A stretch of DNA of 64,000 bases, taken from assembly GCA_032718475.1 (NCBI GenBank), contig JAUCBJ010007366.1, positions 47,340 through 111,339 of the forward strand, written 5' to 3'. Positions 22,483-34,915 of the stretch are shown piece after piece. Below the pieces are notes generated by a model. It worked only from the letters and a program-made list of their open reading frames with translations. It did no database searches and was not told the DNA's origin. The position numbers were made by a program, and so were the translations under genes. Source of the DNA: Nemertoderma westbladi. Lineage: Eukaryota; Animalia; Xenacoelomorpha. Positions within the stretch are counted from its first letter, which is position 1; every line of letters begins with the position of its first letter.

Positions 22483-22919
22483 GTGTGTACTGAGCTACCA
22501 GGACGGATGAATATTTCGATATGGAGTGGGAGATCATATTTAGGCCAACTAATCACTCAAAGGAAAGTACAACTTTCGTTATGTTCTTCCTTCATATTGC
22601 CCTATTTACATTATATATTTAATTCACCGCGTCACTCACCCCACAACAATTCACTTGCTATTAATAATAATAATCTATTGACACCTCGACTCCCTCCGAC
22701 TACTCTATCCGGCAGAACAAAAGAATCATTTCGCTAATCGCTCTATCTTCTATAATCACAACAGCTGTTATAATTCATTCATTAGCTGATTACAACAGAA
22801 TAATTAATAGTTTGAAGCTGTTTTTATAAAATAGCTCGTACACCGGGACTATACTCAGACAAATTTATCGGACGCACAAAAGGCTTTCACTGACTCGTAC
22901 TGTCTATAGTGTCTATTAC

Positions 22920-22953
22920 GACTTGCTTCACGGGCCACAAGGCCCGTCTCTAG
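22920..22953 (+). mobile_element. Helitron-like 3' terminus
   Basis: Hairpin ACGGGCC-ACAA-GGCCCGT followed by CTCTAG; 5' end not identified. Confidence 0.5.
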
Positions 22954-24564
22954 TAGGGATGTCCCGGAATTCCGTTCCGGCCGGAATTCCGGCGGTTTTT
23001 GCCCGATTCCGGTTCCGGCCGGAATTGCCGGAATGGGGTCAATTCCGGCCGGAATTTTACCGGAATTACAAGGTTCATATCTAGATTAATAGTTACAATT
23101 AGTTTGTTAAATTATTATCAACATTTATATTTTTTTTAAACATTATTACCAATTAGTTTAAGATACTTTTCAACACTTGTAAAAAAGTATAGAAATATAG
23201 TTTTCTTCGACCGTTAGAGCTAACATTTAAGGATGCAAGGCATAGATGCCCCCTGGTTAGCCCCTTCAAACCATTCGTGCCGAATCGAAAACTGCCTTGG
23301 CCCACATACAGGGATCGAACCCACGACCTCCAGATAGATTGGAAATCAATGCAACCAGTACAGCAAGGTGGAACCTAACTAACCTACAGTATGTATCGAG
23401 GAAAAATTCACAGCCACCCTTTTTAGTTTATTAATGACAGTAACCAATCACAGGCCTCTTGCCGGATATAACACATTAGTCATGTCCATGTGTCAACAGA
23501 TGGAACATGGGACATAATCACTTTCGACTCATAGGTCGTAACTTACGATTTACCAGTGGAGACGCTCCCATTGAAACCAATGTGTTCCATAATTTATTCT
23601 GACTAAGACTACATAAGACTTACCAGTGGAGCACGGGCCTTAGCGGGTGGTTTTTCCAACTTGCTTATAAAATGGCGTTTTTCAGATTGATTTTACATTA
23701 TTTTACATTGAGTATAAATTATTTTACATTGATTTTATATTATTTTACTTTGATTTCATTATTAAATAATATGATAATTACAGGAGGCTAAATAAATTGC
23801 TAACCTTCTAAAGTTAGCAATGAAACTCGATTAACGATTAACACAATTACAATTACTACTTTAACCTAAAACTAATATAAATATAAAACGTTATTACAAT
23901 ACGTACAGGTCCAGCAAGTGGTCGTTAGTTCAGTCCTGCGACGTAGGTGCTGCATAATATAGTAGTTTTGTTTCTATTTACAGCAAATCCATTTCTTACC
24001 ATGAATCTATTTATTCCCAGCAATAATTAACTGTAACATGTACTATTTGCCTCGTTTATTGTTTTGATTCGAATAACAACATGTCACTGTAACATGCTCC
24101 TTTTCCTTAAAGACACCAGTATATTGCACCAAAGGACCTAATGACGCGAAACCATAGGTTTTGGGTTAACTTAGTGTAGGTTTTTAGGTATGAGTCTAAA
24201 TGCTAAAAACCTAACTTTTGGCCAAGGTTGTTGATTTTAGAAAAAAAATTATATTGAATAATGCCGAAGTACCACCCAGTCCCCATAATAGGCCATAACG
24301 GGCCATGCCATTCTCCACTCCACTCACCTTAATTGTAATTCCCCCCAAGGTTGTGATTCATCTCATTATCAAACTTGGCTTTAGAGATTAAAAAATTCAT
24401 TTGTTTTACAAAAAATTATAATATTTCCTGGGTATTTCTCTAATTATAGAAAATTCCGGTTCCGGCCGGAATTCCGGCCGGAATTCCGGCCGGAATATTC
24501 CGACATGTTGAATTCCGGTTCCGGTTCCGGCCGGAATCAAAATATCGATTCCGGGACATCCCTA
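22954..24564. mobile_element. Non-autonomous hAT-type element
   Basis: TIR TAGGGATGTCCCGGAAT; 8-bp TSD GTCTCTAG (22946-22953, 24565-24572); CCGGAATT subterminal repeats. Confidence 0.9.
23290..23385 (-). mobile_element. tRNA-derived SINE head
   Basis: GGAGGTCGTGGGTTCGATCCC T-arm/box B; no complete cloverleaf seen. Confidence 0.45.
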
Positions 24565-24657
24565 GTCTCTAGTAATAATTAGTAATTTGTAAATTGACCA
24601 GTGTCAATTTAAACTGTCCTGCCTTTAATCTTGTTTTTGTTATTTTTTCTGTTTAAG

Positions 24658-24787
24658 GTTGATGATTAAGAAAGCTATCCGGGAAGCCAATCTAGCATCG
24701 GCCATGGTGTCGCTGCCCATTAATGTTACCTTCAGTTACGTAGCTAAAGTAGCCAGTAGAAGACTCCCCCCTTGGAGTTTCTGGTGA
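24658..24787 (+). CDS. PRADC1: PRADC1 last coding exon
   Basis: Polypyrimidine tract and TAAG acceptor; LMIKKAIREANLASAMVSLPINVTF...PPWSFW-stop matches the PRADC1 PPWxFW terminus; phase is consistent. Confidence 0.9.
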
Positions 24788-25470
24788 ATTAATCCGACAC
24801 GGTTCACATTCACGGGTTTACAGGGGACTATCAGGGCATTTTTACAACTTTATTGGTCAGAATTAATTATTGACATGGTTCTGTCCTAAACTGAAAAATG
24901 GTTCTAGTGATTATTATTAAATAATATTTATTTTTAGATACTTACTTATTAAATAGCTACTTTATTTTTATATGTAAATCTCCAAGAGCTGCCTTTATAT
25001 TGATTTTATTATTATTTTACGATAACATTTGTATCGTTGATTGGACATACTTTTTTTACTCCAAACCAAATACTTTATCATTATCTTAATGCATCTATTT
25101 GGATTATGTAGCGAACTGCAGTATTATTATGCATTTTATATGTTAAAATAATTACAAATGAGGGGGGGGGGGGGGTGTGGGAATTTTTACGCAATCAAAA
25201 TTCATTCCTCCAGGGAAAAATCGACGCAAATAACAGCTGATTACTCCCAAAAATAAAACCTGTTCTATTGACTTCAGTTTGATGTTTTGGTTAGAAATTA
25301 TAATAACGCGCCACAAACTGTAATCTGCTCATTTACCTTATTTATATTTTTAACATTAAGACGAGATATTAATTCGCCGCGGTTTTGGGGTCAAGTTTTA
25401 AAACCCCCTCCCCCTCTGACAGTGTCTCCATAATTAACTCTATAAAATATACTTGTCAACCGGTTTTATC

Positions 25471-28400
25471 CTATCACCTCGCCAGCTATCCCCTAGGTAA
25501 CCCCACCAGCTATTGCTATCCCCTAGGTAACCCCTCCAGCTACCCACTAGGTAACCCCTCCAGCTATCCCCTAGGTAACCCCTCCAGCTATCCGCTAGGC
25601 AACCCCTCCAGCTATCCGCTAGGTAACCCCTCCAGCTATCCCCTAGGTAACCCAGCCAGCTATCCCCTAGGTAACCCCTCCAGCTACCCACTAGGTAACC
25701 CCTCCAGCTATCCCCTAGGTAACCCCTCCAGCTATCCGCTAGGCAACCCCTCCAGCTATCCGCTAGGCAACCCCTCCAGCTATCCCCTAGGTAACCCCTC
25801 CAGCTATCCCCTAGGTAACCCCTCCAGCTATCCGCTAGGCAACCCCTCCAGCTATCCGCTAGGCAACCCCTCCAGCTATCCGCTAGGCAACCCCTCCAGC
25901 TATCCCCTAGGTAACCCATCCAGCTATCCGCTAGGCAACCCCTCCAGCTATCCCCTATGTAACCCAGCCAGCTATCCCCTATGTAACCCAGCCAGCTACC
26001 CCCTAGGTAACCCAGCCAGCTATCCCCTAGGTAACCTAGCCATCTACCCCCTATGTAACCCAGCCAGCTATCCCCTAGGTAACCCAGCCAGCTATCCCCT
26101 AGGTAACCCAGCCATCTATCCGCTAGGCAACCCCTCCAGCTATCCGCTAGGCAACCCCTCTAGCTATCCGCTAGGCAACCCCTCCAGCTATCCCCTATGT
26201 AACCCAGCCAGCTACCCCCTAGGTAACCCAGCCAGCTATCCCCTAGGTAACCTAGCCATCTACCCCCTATGTAACCCAGCCAGCTATCCCCTAGGTAACC
26301 CAGCCATCTATCCGCTAGGCAACCCCTCCAGCTATCCGCTAGGCAACCCCTCCAGCTATCCGCTAGGCAACCCCTCCAGCTATCCGCTAGGCAACCCCTC
26401 CAGCTATCCCCTATGTAACCCAGCCAGCTACCCCCTAGGTAACCTAGCCATCTACCCCCTATGTAACCCAGCCAGCTATCCCCTAGGTAACCCAGCCAGC
26501 TATCCCCTAGGTAACCCAGCCATCTATCCCCTATGTAACCCAGCCAGCTATCCCCTAGGTAACCCAGCCATCTATCTCCTAGGTAACCCAGCCAGCTACC
26601 CCCTAGGTAACCCAGCCATCTATCCCCTAGGTAACCCAGACAGCTATCACCTAGGTAACCCAGCCATCTATCCCCTAGGTAACCCAGCCCTCTATCCCCT
26701 AGGTAACCCAGCCAGCTATCACCTAGGTAACCCAGCCATCTATCCCCTAGGTAACCCAGGCAGCTATCACCTAGGTAACCCAGCCATCTATCCCCTAGGT
26801 AACCCAGCCAGCTATCACCTAGGTAACCCAGCCATAGCTATCACCTAGGTAACCCAGCCAGCTACCCCCTACGTAACCCCTCCAGCTATCCCCTAGGCAA
26901 CCCAGCCAGCTATCCCCTATGCAACCCAGCCAGCTACCCCCTAGGTAACCCAGCCAGCTATCCCCTAGCCCTAGGTAACCTAGCCAGATATCCCCTAGGT
27001 AACCCAGCCACTGAGCCAACTATCCCCTAGGTAACCCAGCCAGCTATCCCCTAGATAACCTAGCCAGCTATCCCCTAGGTAACCCAGCCACTGAGCTAGC
27101 TATCCCCTAGGTAACCCAGCCAGTTATCCCATAGGTAACCCGGCCAGTTATCCCCTAGGTATCCTAGCCAGCTATCACCTAGGTAACCCAGCCACTGAGC
27201 CAGCTATCCCCTAGATAACCCAGCCACTGAGCCAGCTATCCCCTAGGTAACCCAGCCAGCTATCCCCTAGGTAACCCAGCCATCTATCCGCTAGGCAACC
27301 CCTCCAGCTATCCGCTAGGCAACCCCTCCAGCTATCCGCTAGGCAACCCCTCCAGCTATCCGCTAGGCAACCCCTCCAGCTATCCCCTATGTAACCCAGC
27401 CAGCTACCCCCTAGGTAACCTAGCCATCTACCCCCTATGTAACCCAGCCAGCTATCCCCTAGGTAACCCAGCCAGCTATCCCCTAGGTAACCCAGCCATC
27501 TATCCCCTATGTAACCCAGCCAGCTATCCCCTAGGTAACCCAGCCATCTATCTCCTAGGTAACCCAGCCATCTATCCCCTAGGTAACCCAGCCATCTATC
27601 CCCTAGGTAACCCAGCCAGCTATCACCTAGGTAACCCAGCCATCTATCCCCTAGGTAACCCAGGCAGCTATCACCTAGGTAACCCAGCCATCTATCCCCT
27701 AGGTAACCCAGCCAGCTATCACCTAGGTAACCCAGCCATAGCTATCACCTAGGTAACCCAGCCAGCTACCCCCTACGTAACCCCTCCAGCTATCCCCTAG
27801 GCAACCCAGCCAGCTATCCCCTAGGTAACCCAGCCAGCTACCCCCTAGGTAACCCAGCCAGCTATCCCCTATGCAACCCAGCCAGCTACCCCCTAGGTAA
27901 CCCAGCCAGCTATCCCCTAGCCCTAGGTAACCTAGCCAGATATCCCCTAGGTAACCCAGCCACTGAGCCAACTATCCCCTAGGTAACCCAGCCAGCTATC
28001 CCCTAGATAACCTAGCCAGCTATCCCCTAGGTAACCCAGCCTCTGAGCTAGCTATCCCCTAGGTAACCCAGCCAGTTATCCCATAGGTAACCCGGCCAGT
28101 TATCCCCTAGGTAACCTAGCCAGCTATCACCTAGGTAACCCAGCCACTGAGCCAGCTATCCCCTAGATAACCCAGCCACTGAGCCAGCTATCCCCTAGGT
28201 AACCCAGCCAGCTATCCCTTAGGTAACCCAGCCAGCTATCCCCCAGGCAACCCAGCCATCTATCCGCTAGGTAACCCAGCCAGCTATCCCCTAGGTAACC
28301 CAGCCAGCTATCCCCAATGCAACCCAGCCAACTATCCGCTAGGTAACCCAGCCAGCTATCCCCAATGCAACCCAGCAACTATCCGCTAGGTGCCCAGCCA

Positions 28401-28619
28401 GCTATCCCCTAGGTAACCCAGCCAGCTATCCCCTAGGTAACCCAGCCAGCTATCCCCAATGCAACCCAGCCAACTATCCGCTAGGTAACCCAGCCAGCTA
28501 TCCCCTAGGTAACCCAGCCAGCTATCCCCAATGCAACCCAGCCAACTATCCGCTAGGTAACCCAGCCAGCTATCCCCAATGCAACCCAGCAACTATCCGC
28601 TAGGTAACCCAGCCAGCCA
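25471..28619. repeat. 21-bp tandem satellite (~150 units) with higher-order duplication
   Basis: Unit CAGCTATCCCCTAGGTAACCC(CT/AG)C-type; the same variant order recurs at ~26.8-27.2 kb and ~27.7-28.2 kb. Confidence 0.97.
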
Positions 28620-29285
28620 TATCATGTTTTATACCAGGTTCTGAGTTATTAATGGTTATTCATTTAATAATCGAATTAATAAACGTTTAATAAGATGGTT
28701 TTGGTGCTTTTATTTAATTATTGCTGTTATTATTATAATAAATATCGATAAGTTCAGTATCAATAATTACATTTTTACGCAAAATAAAATGCTCAAGTTA
28801 CGACAATATCTATATTGCGTAGCTAATCATACATAAACAAATTGTTCCAGAACATTGTGTATTTATTAAATAGAATAAATGGTCTGCAGAGAACAATAAT
28901 TCTTGCAATCTTTGAACGCCTATATCTCAGTTGTTTCACAACGAAAGTGAGATATTGTTACATATTTGGAGTCCTTGTAACGAAAGCTTTCTAATGATAG
29001 CTATAAAGCGATGTTAATCATAGGCTGAACTATGGCGATAATAGGAGATGTGTAATTTCGCAAAAGACACTTTTTTAAAACGCTTATAAAAAAAATTTAA
29101 AGGCAAAATAGAAAATTCCGGCTTCATGGTAACAACCACGGTGAGTTGAACTAGTTGTGTTTTAAATGTCAAGCAATATAATAAAGATCTGTAGAACATC
29201 TTTTTTTTTTGGGGGGGGGGGGGGGGGGGGATCTGATGTCCGTGTCATCAGAAAATGACACTATATTACGGGTCATGGTGTAATA

Positions 29286-30455
29286 TTAGTAATTAAAGAA
29301 ATCTCTCTTAACACCGACACTGAGGTTGGAAAGTCGGTAGGTAGACTGATTACCAAATAAATTCATTAAAATAATATTCAATAAACTACCATCGTATCTA
29401 TGACAACAGCTGAACTCCTTAACAACGCGATTTTCTGGGGCGGCCCAGTGGCACTGTATGATGGATCCCGGGGGTGCCAGACAGTCCTCCTCCAGGGCAC
29501 AGAGCACTGCCCACTTCAGCACAGGTTTTATGAGGTCTCTATTCCGCAGTATTATAAGGCCCCCCGCAATCAATACGTTATCCTTCATTGTTCTAATATC
29601 GGTGGGGAAGTATGAGTACATGAGTGGATTGGTGGTCGCGTATATACTGTGTGCGGGGTTCAGTGACAGAACGACAGGACTCTCGCACGAGGCACAATCA
29701 ATAGAGAGCTTGATATGTTCTAAAGTCGATTCCTTAAATACAATGGAAGAGTCTAGCCACACTAGGTAGTCAAACTGAGATGCTAATTCTGCTAATATTA
29801 ACAGTTTCCACCGGTATTCCAATAGATTTCCGACATATCTCGGGTATTTATCGAATGGGAACGGAACTGCAATGACCCATGAACCGAATCGCGATTCTAT
29901 ATCGGCTATTTGTCGGCGGGATAAACCCAAACTGTATAATCTTAGATGCTGGTACTGGTGGGGTAGCAGGATGTGTAGGTTGGAAAGTAAACGTGTTACT
30001 TCGTGGAGGTGGTCTGGCGAAGCGGCGGTTACGAACGTTAAGTCGGAAGAGCTTGTAGAAAACCGAGAGTTTCCCAACAAACCTAAACGATTAACAGTTG
30101 AAAGATGACGACAGCTGAACGGTTTACCGGTAACGCTCATGTTGGCGTTCCTATAACATACTGATTCCGCATTTAATATACGGCCTTCGCCTAAGTTACA
30201 GTAACATATTCCTCTTTCTGAATTGCGTGTCCAACTTTTGTTATAACCAAAGTCACTAAGATGACATGCAGCGTTGTAGACTACAAACCTCTTAATAACT
30301 TCAGATAGGCCTATATGATAGGCCCTATAGTACACCGTTGTTAGCAACAACGGTGTACTCAGGATAGCTGATGCCAATATTATCCTGAACAATATCTTCC
30401 GATATCTCATTGGGATTACCTTTTGTATCAGAAAACAAAGTCTTAAAGCACCCAT
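29286..30455 (-). CDS. DUF1647-like type II membrane protein (putative glycosyltransferase-like)
   Basis: N-terminal hydrophobic anchor; TFVTAAS..H, Y.LGL, FPFDKYPRYV..L.EYRWK, VWLDSS, HSIYATT..MYSYFP, LCALEEDCLAP.GS, CHRYD.S..N. Confidence 0.8.
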   Translation of the reverse strand: MGALRLCFLIQKVIPMRYRKILFRIILASAILSTPLLLTTVYYRAYHIGLSEVIKRFVVYNAACHLSDFGYNKSWTRNSERGICYCNLGEGRILNAESVCYRNANMSVTGKPFSCRHLSTVNRLGLLGNSRFSTSSSDLTFVTAASPDHLHEVTRLLSNLHILLPHQYQHLRLYSLGLSRRQIADIESRFGSWVIAVPFPFDKYPRYVGNLLEYRWKLLILAELASQFDYLVWLDSSIVFKESTLEHIKLSIDCASCESPVVLSLNPAHSIYATTNPLMYSYFPTDIRTMKDNVLIAGGLIILRNRDLIKPVLKWAVLCALEEDCLAPPGSIIQCHWAAPENRVVKEFSCCHRYDGSLLNIILMNLFGNQSTYRLSNLSVGVKRDFFNY

Positions 30456-30543
30456 TATTACCTTTTTTCAGCTCAGCTGTTATGTTTAATTATAAAAGGT
30501 CAACAGGTAGCTGGTATCTATCTACTTGCCTATCATTGTATCC

Positions 30544-30600
30544 GGCACAGCATTCTTAAAAATGCAGCTGCAATGCAGCATGCCGATCCTAGTAGTAGTA
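30544..30600 (+). repeat. Short 3'-tail fragment of the RTE-like family with a (TAG)n end; other copies at ~38562-38615 (+), ~44755-44812 (-), ~47810-47885 (-)
   Basis: GGCACAGCATTCTTAAAAATGCAGCTGCAATGCAGCATGCCGAT. Confidence 0.8.
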
Positions 30601-31363
30601 TCATTGTCAGATTGTAGTGATATGTATTTATTTTACTTTGGAAACCGCTACTAAACAAGTTCAAGTTCAGTTCTATTACCGCAGCCCAGTCCGTTCAGTC
30701 AGGCAGTACCGATATGTACAGATGTAAGCCTATTGACGGGTGCTTAGATCATGGCTTTTCCAGTTAACATTATTCCATTTTGTCTGTTTGTATAAACAAG
30801 TGATGTGGTTGGAGAAACCTGCTAGGCTGTAGGGGCTGCTACTACAGTATTAAGCAGCAACCAATCACGTTAATCCTGTTTAACACAGAGTCAATGAGAA
30901 TGGAATATTGCTAACTTCAAAAAGTTCAGGTTACCATTATTCCAAAGTAATCAGATATTACAGCAATTGAGCTGCTACCTGCAGTGTTAGTCAGTTAGTA
31001 ATCGAGTAAGCCATAGGGGCCTATAATATTATATGGTCTGATGGTACAATACCAGGCATAATACTGTATATGCACAGATGAAAAAAAACCGTATGTAGTT
31101 TAAGTGGATTAGTTTAATTACAATGATGTAAACTGTAGGCTAAATGAAATATTTATAGTTAGGTCAGGTTTAGTAATAAACATAATGTAGGCCTACTTAT
31201 ACAATACAGCAATATTTCATTGAAGTAGCCTACTTGCCACGTAGTACGTAGTAATATGCAATGTGGGCAAAATACAGGTCTCGCATATCCAGTTCATCAC
31301 CCCGAAACTCGTAATGCGTTTTATTCACACAACTTTTATGATACCAACCACTTCGTGCAAACG

Positions 31364-31661
31364 GGGCGTAAATGCTATGCCCTGATGCCGCAACGCCGAC
31401 AACCGACAGCCAACGCCGACAACCATTATTAAAGCTAATTAATGTTATTTATTAATTGAGAGAAAGGAACAGGTTACAGTGGAAGGTAGTCTAACCAAAA
31501 CAATATCTTGGTGACTCTGCCCCCCCCCCCCCGCCCCCTTGTGAGGAAGATTTTTTAAATTCCATTCGCAAACGAGAGTACGAACTCAGGTTACATTTTC
31601 ATATTTGCTGTTGTCGGCAGTGGTTGCCGGTTGTCGGCGTAGTTAGTGTTTACTTACACCC
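31364..31661. mobile_element. MULE-type MITE with a 9-bp TSD
   Basis: Termini GGGCGTAA...TTACACCC; TSD GTGCAAACG (31355-31363, 31662-31670); CGCCGACAAC subterminal repeats. Confidence 0.8.
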
Positions 31662-32099
31662 GTGCAAACGCTACATCCTACCCATTCAATTGGTCCAAGG
31701 TCTGTCTGTAGCATTCCCGACACGCGACTGCGCGAGCAGCAAAAAGAACAGTGCTGGCAGGCTGGACTACGTGGAAATGGTTTAGTTTCGCTGTTAGTTC
31801 TCTTTATCAATTTTTTGTTTGTGTCTCGATAACACAGACAGACAGAGGTTGTTGTGTAGCCTACTTCTCATCACATTAATTATATTCCACTACTTTTTTA
31901 ATCGTCTCATTACTGCTCACATGCAGCCATTTAACTATGAGAAAGAAAAAGGCCCCTTACTGCCTTAAGGCTTAAAGTATATATTGAATTAAAAAAACCT
32001 GCTATTTATTACAGTATTAGGTATTGGCTACTAGATTACAGTAAATACTGCCTGTACTGTTGCTTCAATTCTTAATAATTTGCTTTGCTGTACACGCAA

Positions 32100-33410
32100 A
32101 TGAACAAATTCATGTATTGAAGTTCGCAATGTTTTTAAAAAATAATGAGTCAGCTCCATTTTGGGTTAAGAAAATGGTGTTTGAAGCGGCTGCAGCCGCT
32201 GCAGTTTTCTACGGTTGTGAGGCATGGATCGGTAAATTTACACAAGCCGAGAGCGTTTATAATTACATGGTAAAACGGCTGTTGGGTGTGAGAACTTCAA
32301 CATGTAACGACACAGTATATATTGAATCCGGGATTCCAACCGCGGCAGCCTATATTCGATGCAGACAATTACATTTCATTAAATCAATATTAAAACGCCC
32401 ACATCGTACAGATCCAGTTCACATATGTATGGATATCGCAAAGGATATCGGCGCGAGTGGTTCAAAATACATAACGGAACTCCTGAAAAATTCTAACAAT
32501 ATAAAACGAGATAATACAGAGATGTTACGTAAAAGGATTATGGATAGTAGCAGCAGTAAACGGGTTACATACAAGCAACTGAACACGACATTACAAACAC
32601 ATGATATTTATACCACTCGATCGTCGAAAATCCCGGAGCATATGCGAATCGCATGGTCGCGTTTTCGCTTGTCGTCTCATAACTTACGAATAGAAAGAGA
32701 TCGTTGGACACGACTACCTAGAGAACAAAGGGTCTGTAGTTGCGATGGGCTGTCGGTGCAGGACGAAGAGCATATACTAAGTAGCTGCGAGCATACAAAG
32801 GAAATTATAGGCTTCTACAATGTTTCATATATGTTAGACTTTAACGGCCTACCGAGTTACGAAGCCGCAGAGCTGGCTTATAAGATCAGCAAAGTGTTCC
32901 CGTAATAGTTATATATAGTCTATAACCAACGACTGACAGTATTTAATTTACGACAGTGGTTTATTGACTTGCAGTACTTAATTAACCGTAATTACATAAC
33001 ATTGTATATTAACTATTTAATTATCTGACCATATTTAATACTTCAGAATTTGACTTTATATTGGCAATTTATGAGTAACCAAATACCTTATATTTGTTTG
33101 ACATAATGGTTAACCGTAATTACATAATATTGTATATTGAATGTTGATTATTTGACCATATATTAATACAACCTAATTTGGCTTTATATTGACTATTTAT
33201 TAGTGATCGAATGACCGATATTTTGTTTATATTAACCTTATATTTATTTGACATACTGTTTATAACAATTATGACTTACCCAGTGTTTATTTGACCATAT
33301 ATAATTTACTTACTTATTGATCAATTGTATTTATGTAGACCTGTTAATAATATAATAATGTAGTGCTGATGGTAATGTTGATCTGGTCTATAATAATAAT
33401 AATAATAATA
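32100..33410 (+). mobile_element. 5'-truncated non-LTR retrotransposon (ORF2 C-terminus with CCHC motif), repeat-containing 3' UTR, (TAA)n tail
   Basis: FYGCEAW...KRLLGVRTST...ESG...RFRLSSHNLRIE..RW...RVCSC...VQDEEHILSSC; stop at 32905; (TAA)7 at ~33389-33410. Confidence 0.85.
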
Positions 33411-34915
33411 CTTACTGTTCTTCTGCTTGACGCCTGAATGCTTTCGGTATAACTTATATAATGAAACAGACAAGGCAGGTCTCAAGGGTAGGTGTAGGGC
33501 CTAATAGAATAGTGAATACAGATACTGAGATATTGAATAATGTTAACCTGAACTTTTTCATGTAAGCAATATTCCATTCTCATTGACTCTGTGTTACACA
33601 GGATTACGTGATTATGGTTGCTGCTTAGTAGCAGCTTTCTCCAACCACATTTACTTGTTTTATACAAAATGGAATAATGTTAACTGGAAAAGCCACGATC
33701 TAAGCACCCGTAGCCTATGGCTGTATTGTAAATACAGAACAGCAGAATACCGGTGCCCGACAGCCCATTACAAGGCCATCTAAAACAACAGGCCATGACA
33801 AGGACCTAACAGCCTAATCTTCAAAATTATCGTAGGCTGACGCTGACTGTCAGACTGGCTGATTATGGTACCTACCTACTGTAAGCTCAAGGACTACTGA
33901 AGAACTAGTACTACTGACTGACTACGATTGTCAACGAGTGTTCGCGCTTTTAGACCTTTAGCAGTTTAACCTGCCAATTTTAAATGTCCATTTGATTATG
34001 AATCGACTTTGCCCGTACCAATTACCTGGTGTACTGAATTTACATCTGCCGAAGCCAGTCCGTGCGCGGCGTATGACCCACGGTGTGGGAGACTGCATTC
34101 GGGTTCCAGAGGAAGTTATTGCGGTGTAGGCTACTTTGTATTATTCGATTGATCGCTACTATATAATCTCTGACAACTATATTTACTTTCGGGGAAATAT
34201 TAACAGTTCCTTTGGGACGTGGCGCTTTAAGTATAAAAACAGAGTTATGACTTACAGTAATCACAACTAGATGGCCACAGAGTTTCGTAAATAACGCATT
34301 CTTTAGGAGATGCTTTATTAACCTTCACACGACTTCACACTAATTCATAACTAATTTGCCGACCGTCACTGATTTTGATCATATATAAGGAGGATTGCAA
34401 CAAAAATTATTTAGCACCAAATATATTTTTTGTAGCACCAATTTACATCCCCCAATTTTGAATATCTCCTCACCAAAAGCAATTAAAAATTCATCCCTCA
34501 AAAACAATTATTCATCCTCCAAAAACTATTATTCATCCCCCAAAAAAATAATTCATCCACCAAAAACAATTATTCTTCCCCCAAAAACAATTATTCATAC
34601 CCCAAAAACAATTTTGCATTTATTTTGGGGATTATGTATTTATTTTGGGGGAAAATGTATTTATTTTGGGAGGATAGTTCTTTTTACAGAACACAGTAGA
34701 ACACAGCAGAACACAATAGAATAAAGGCGGAACATAGGCGAACACAGCTGTAATTAAAATCTACAGCAAAAAGTAACACACTTGGGAAAGTACCGGACTT
34801 ATCATACAACTGTAAGATGTCAATTACATATTTAATTAAATGGCGGTTTTCCATATCCTCCAAAATAAATTACCTGATCAGAGTTGCACGATCAGCTGTT
34901 CGGTTAGGCCTGTAC

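Noticed and set aside
25385-26848. 487-aa ORF of (SSYPLGNP-like)n and its antisense ORFs
   Set aside because: Artefact of a 21-bp stop-free satellite unit; TTG start; the frame breaks further along the array
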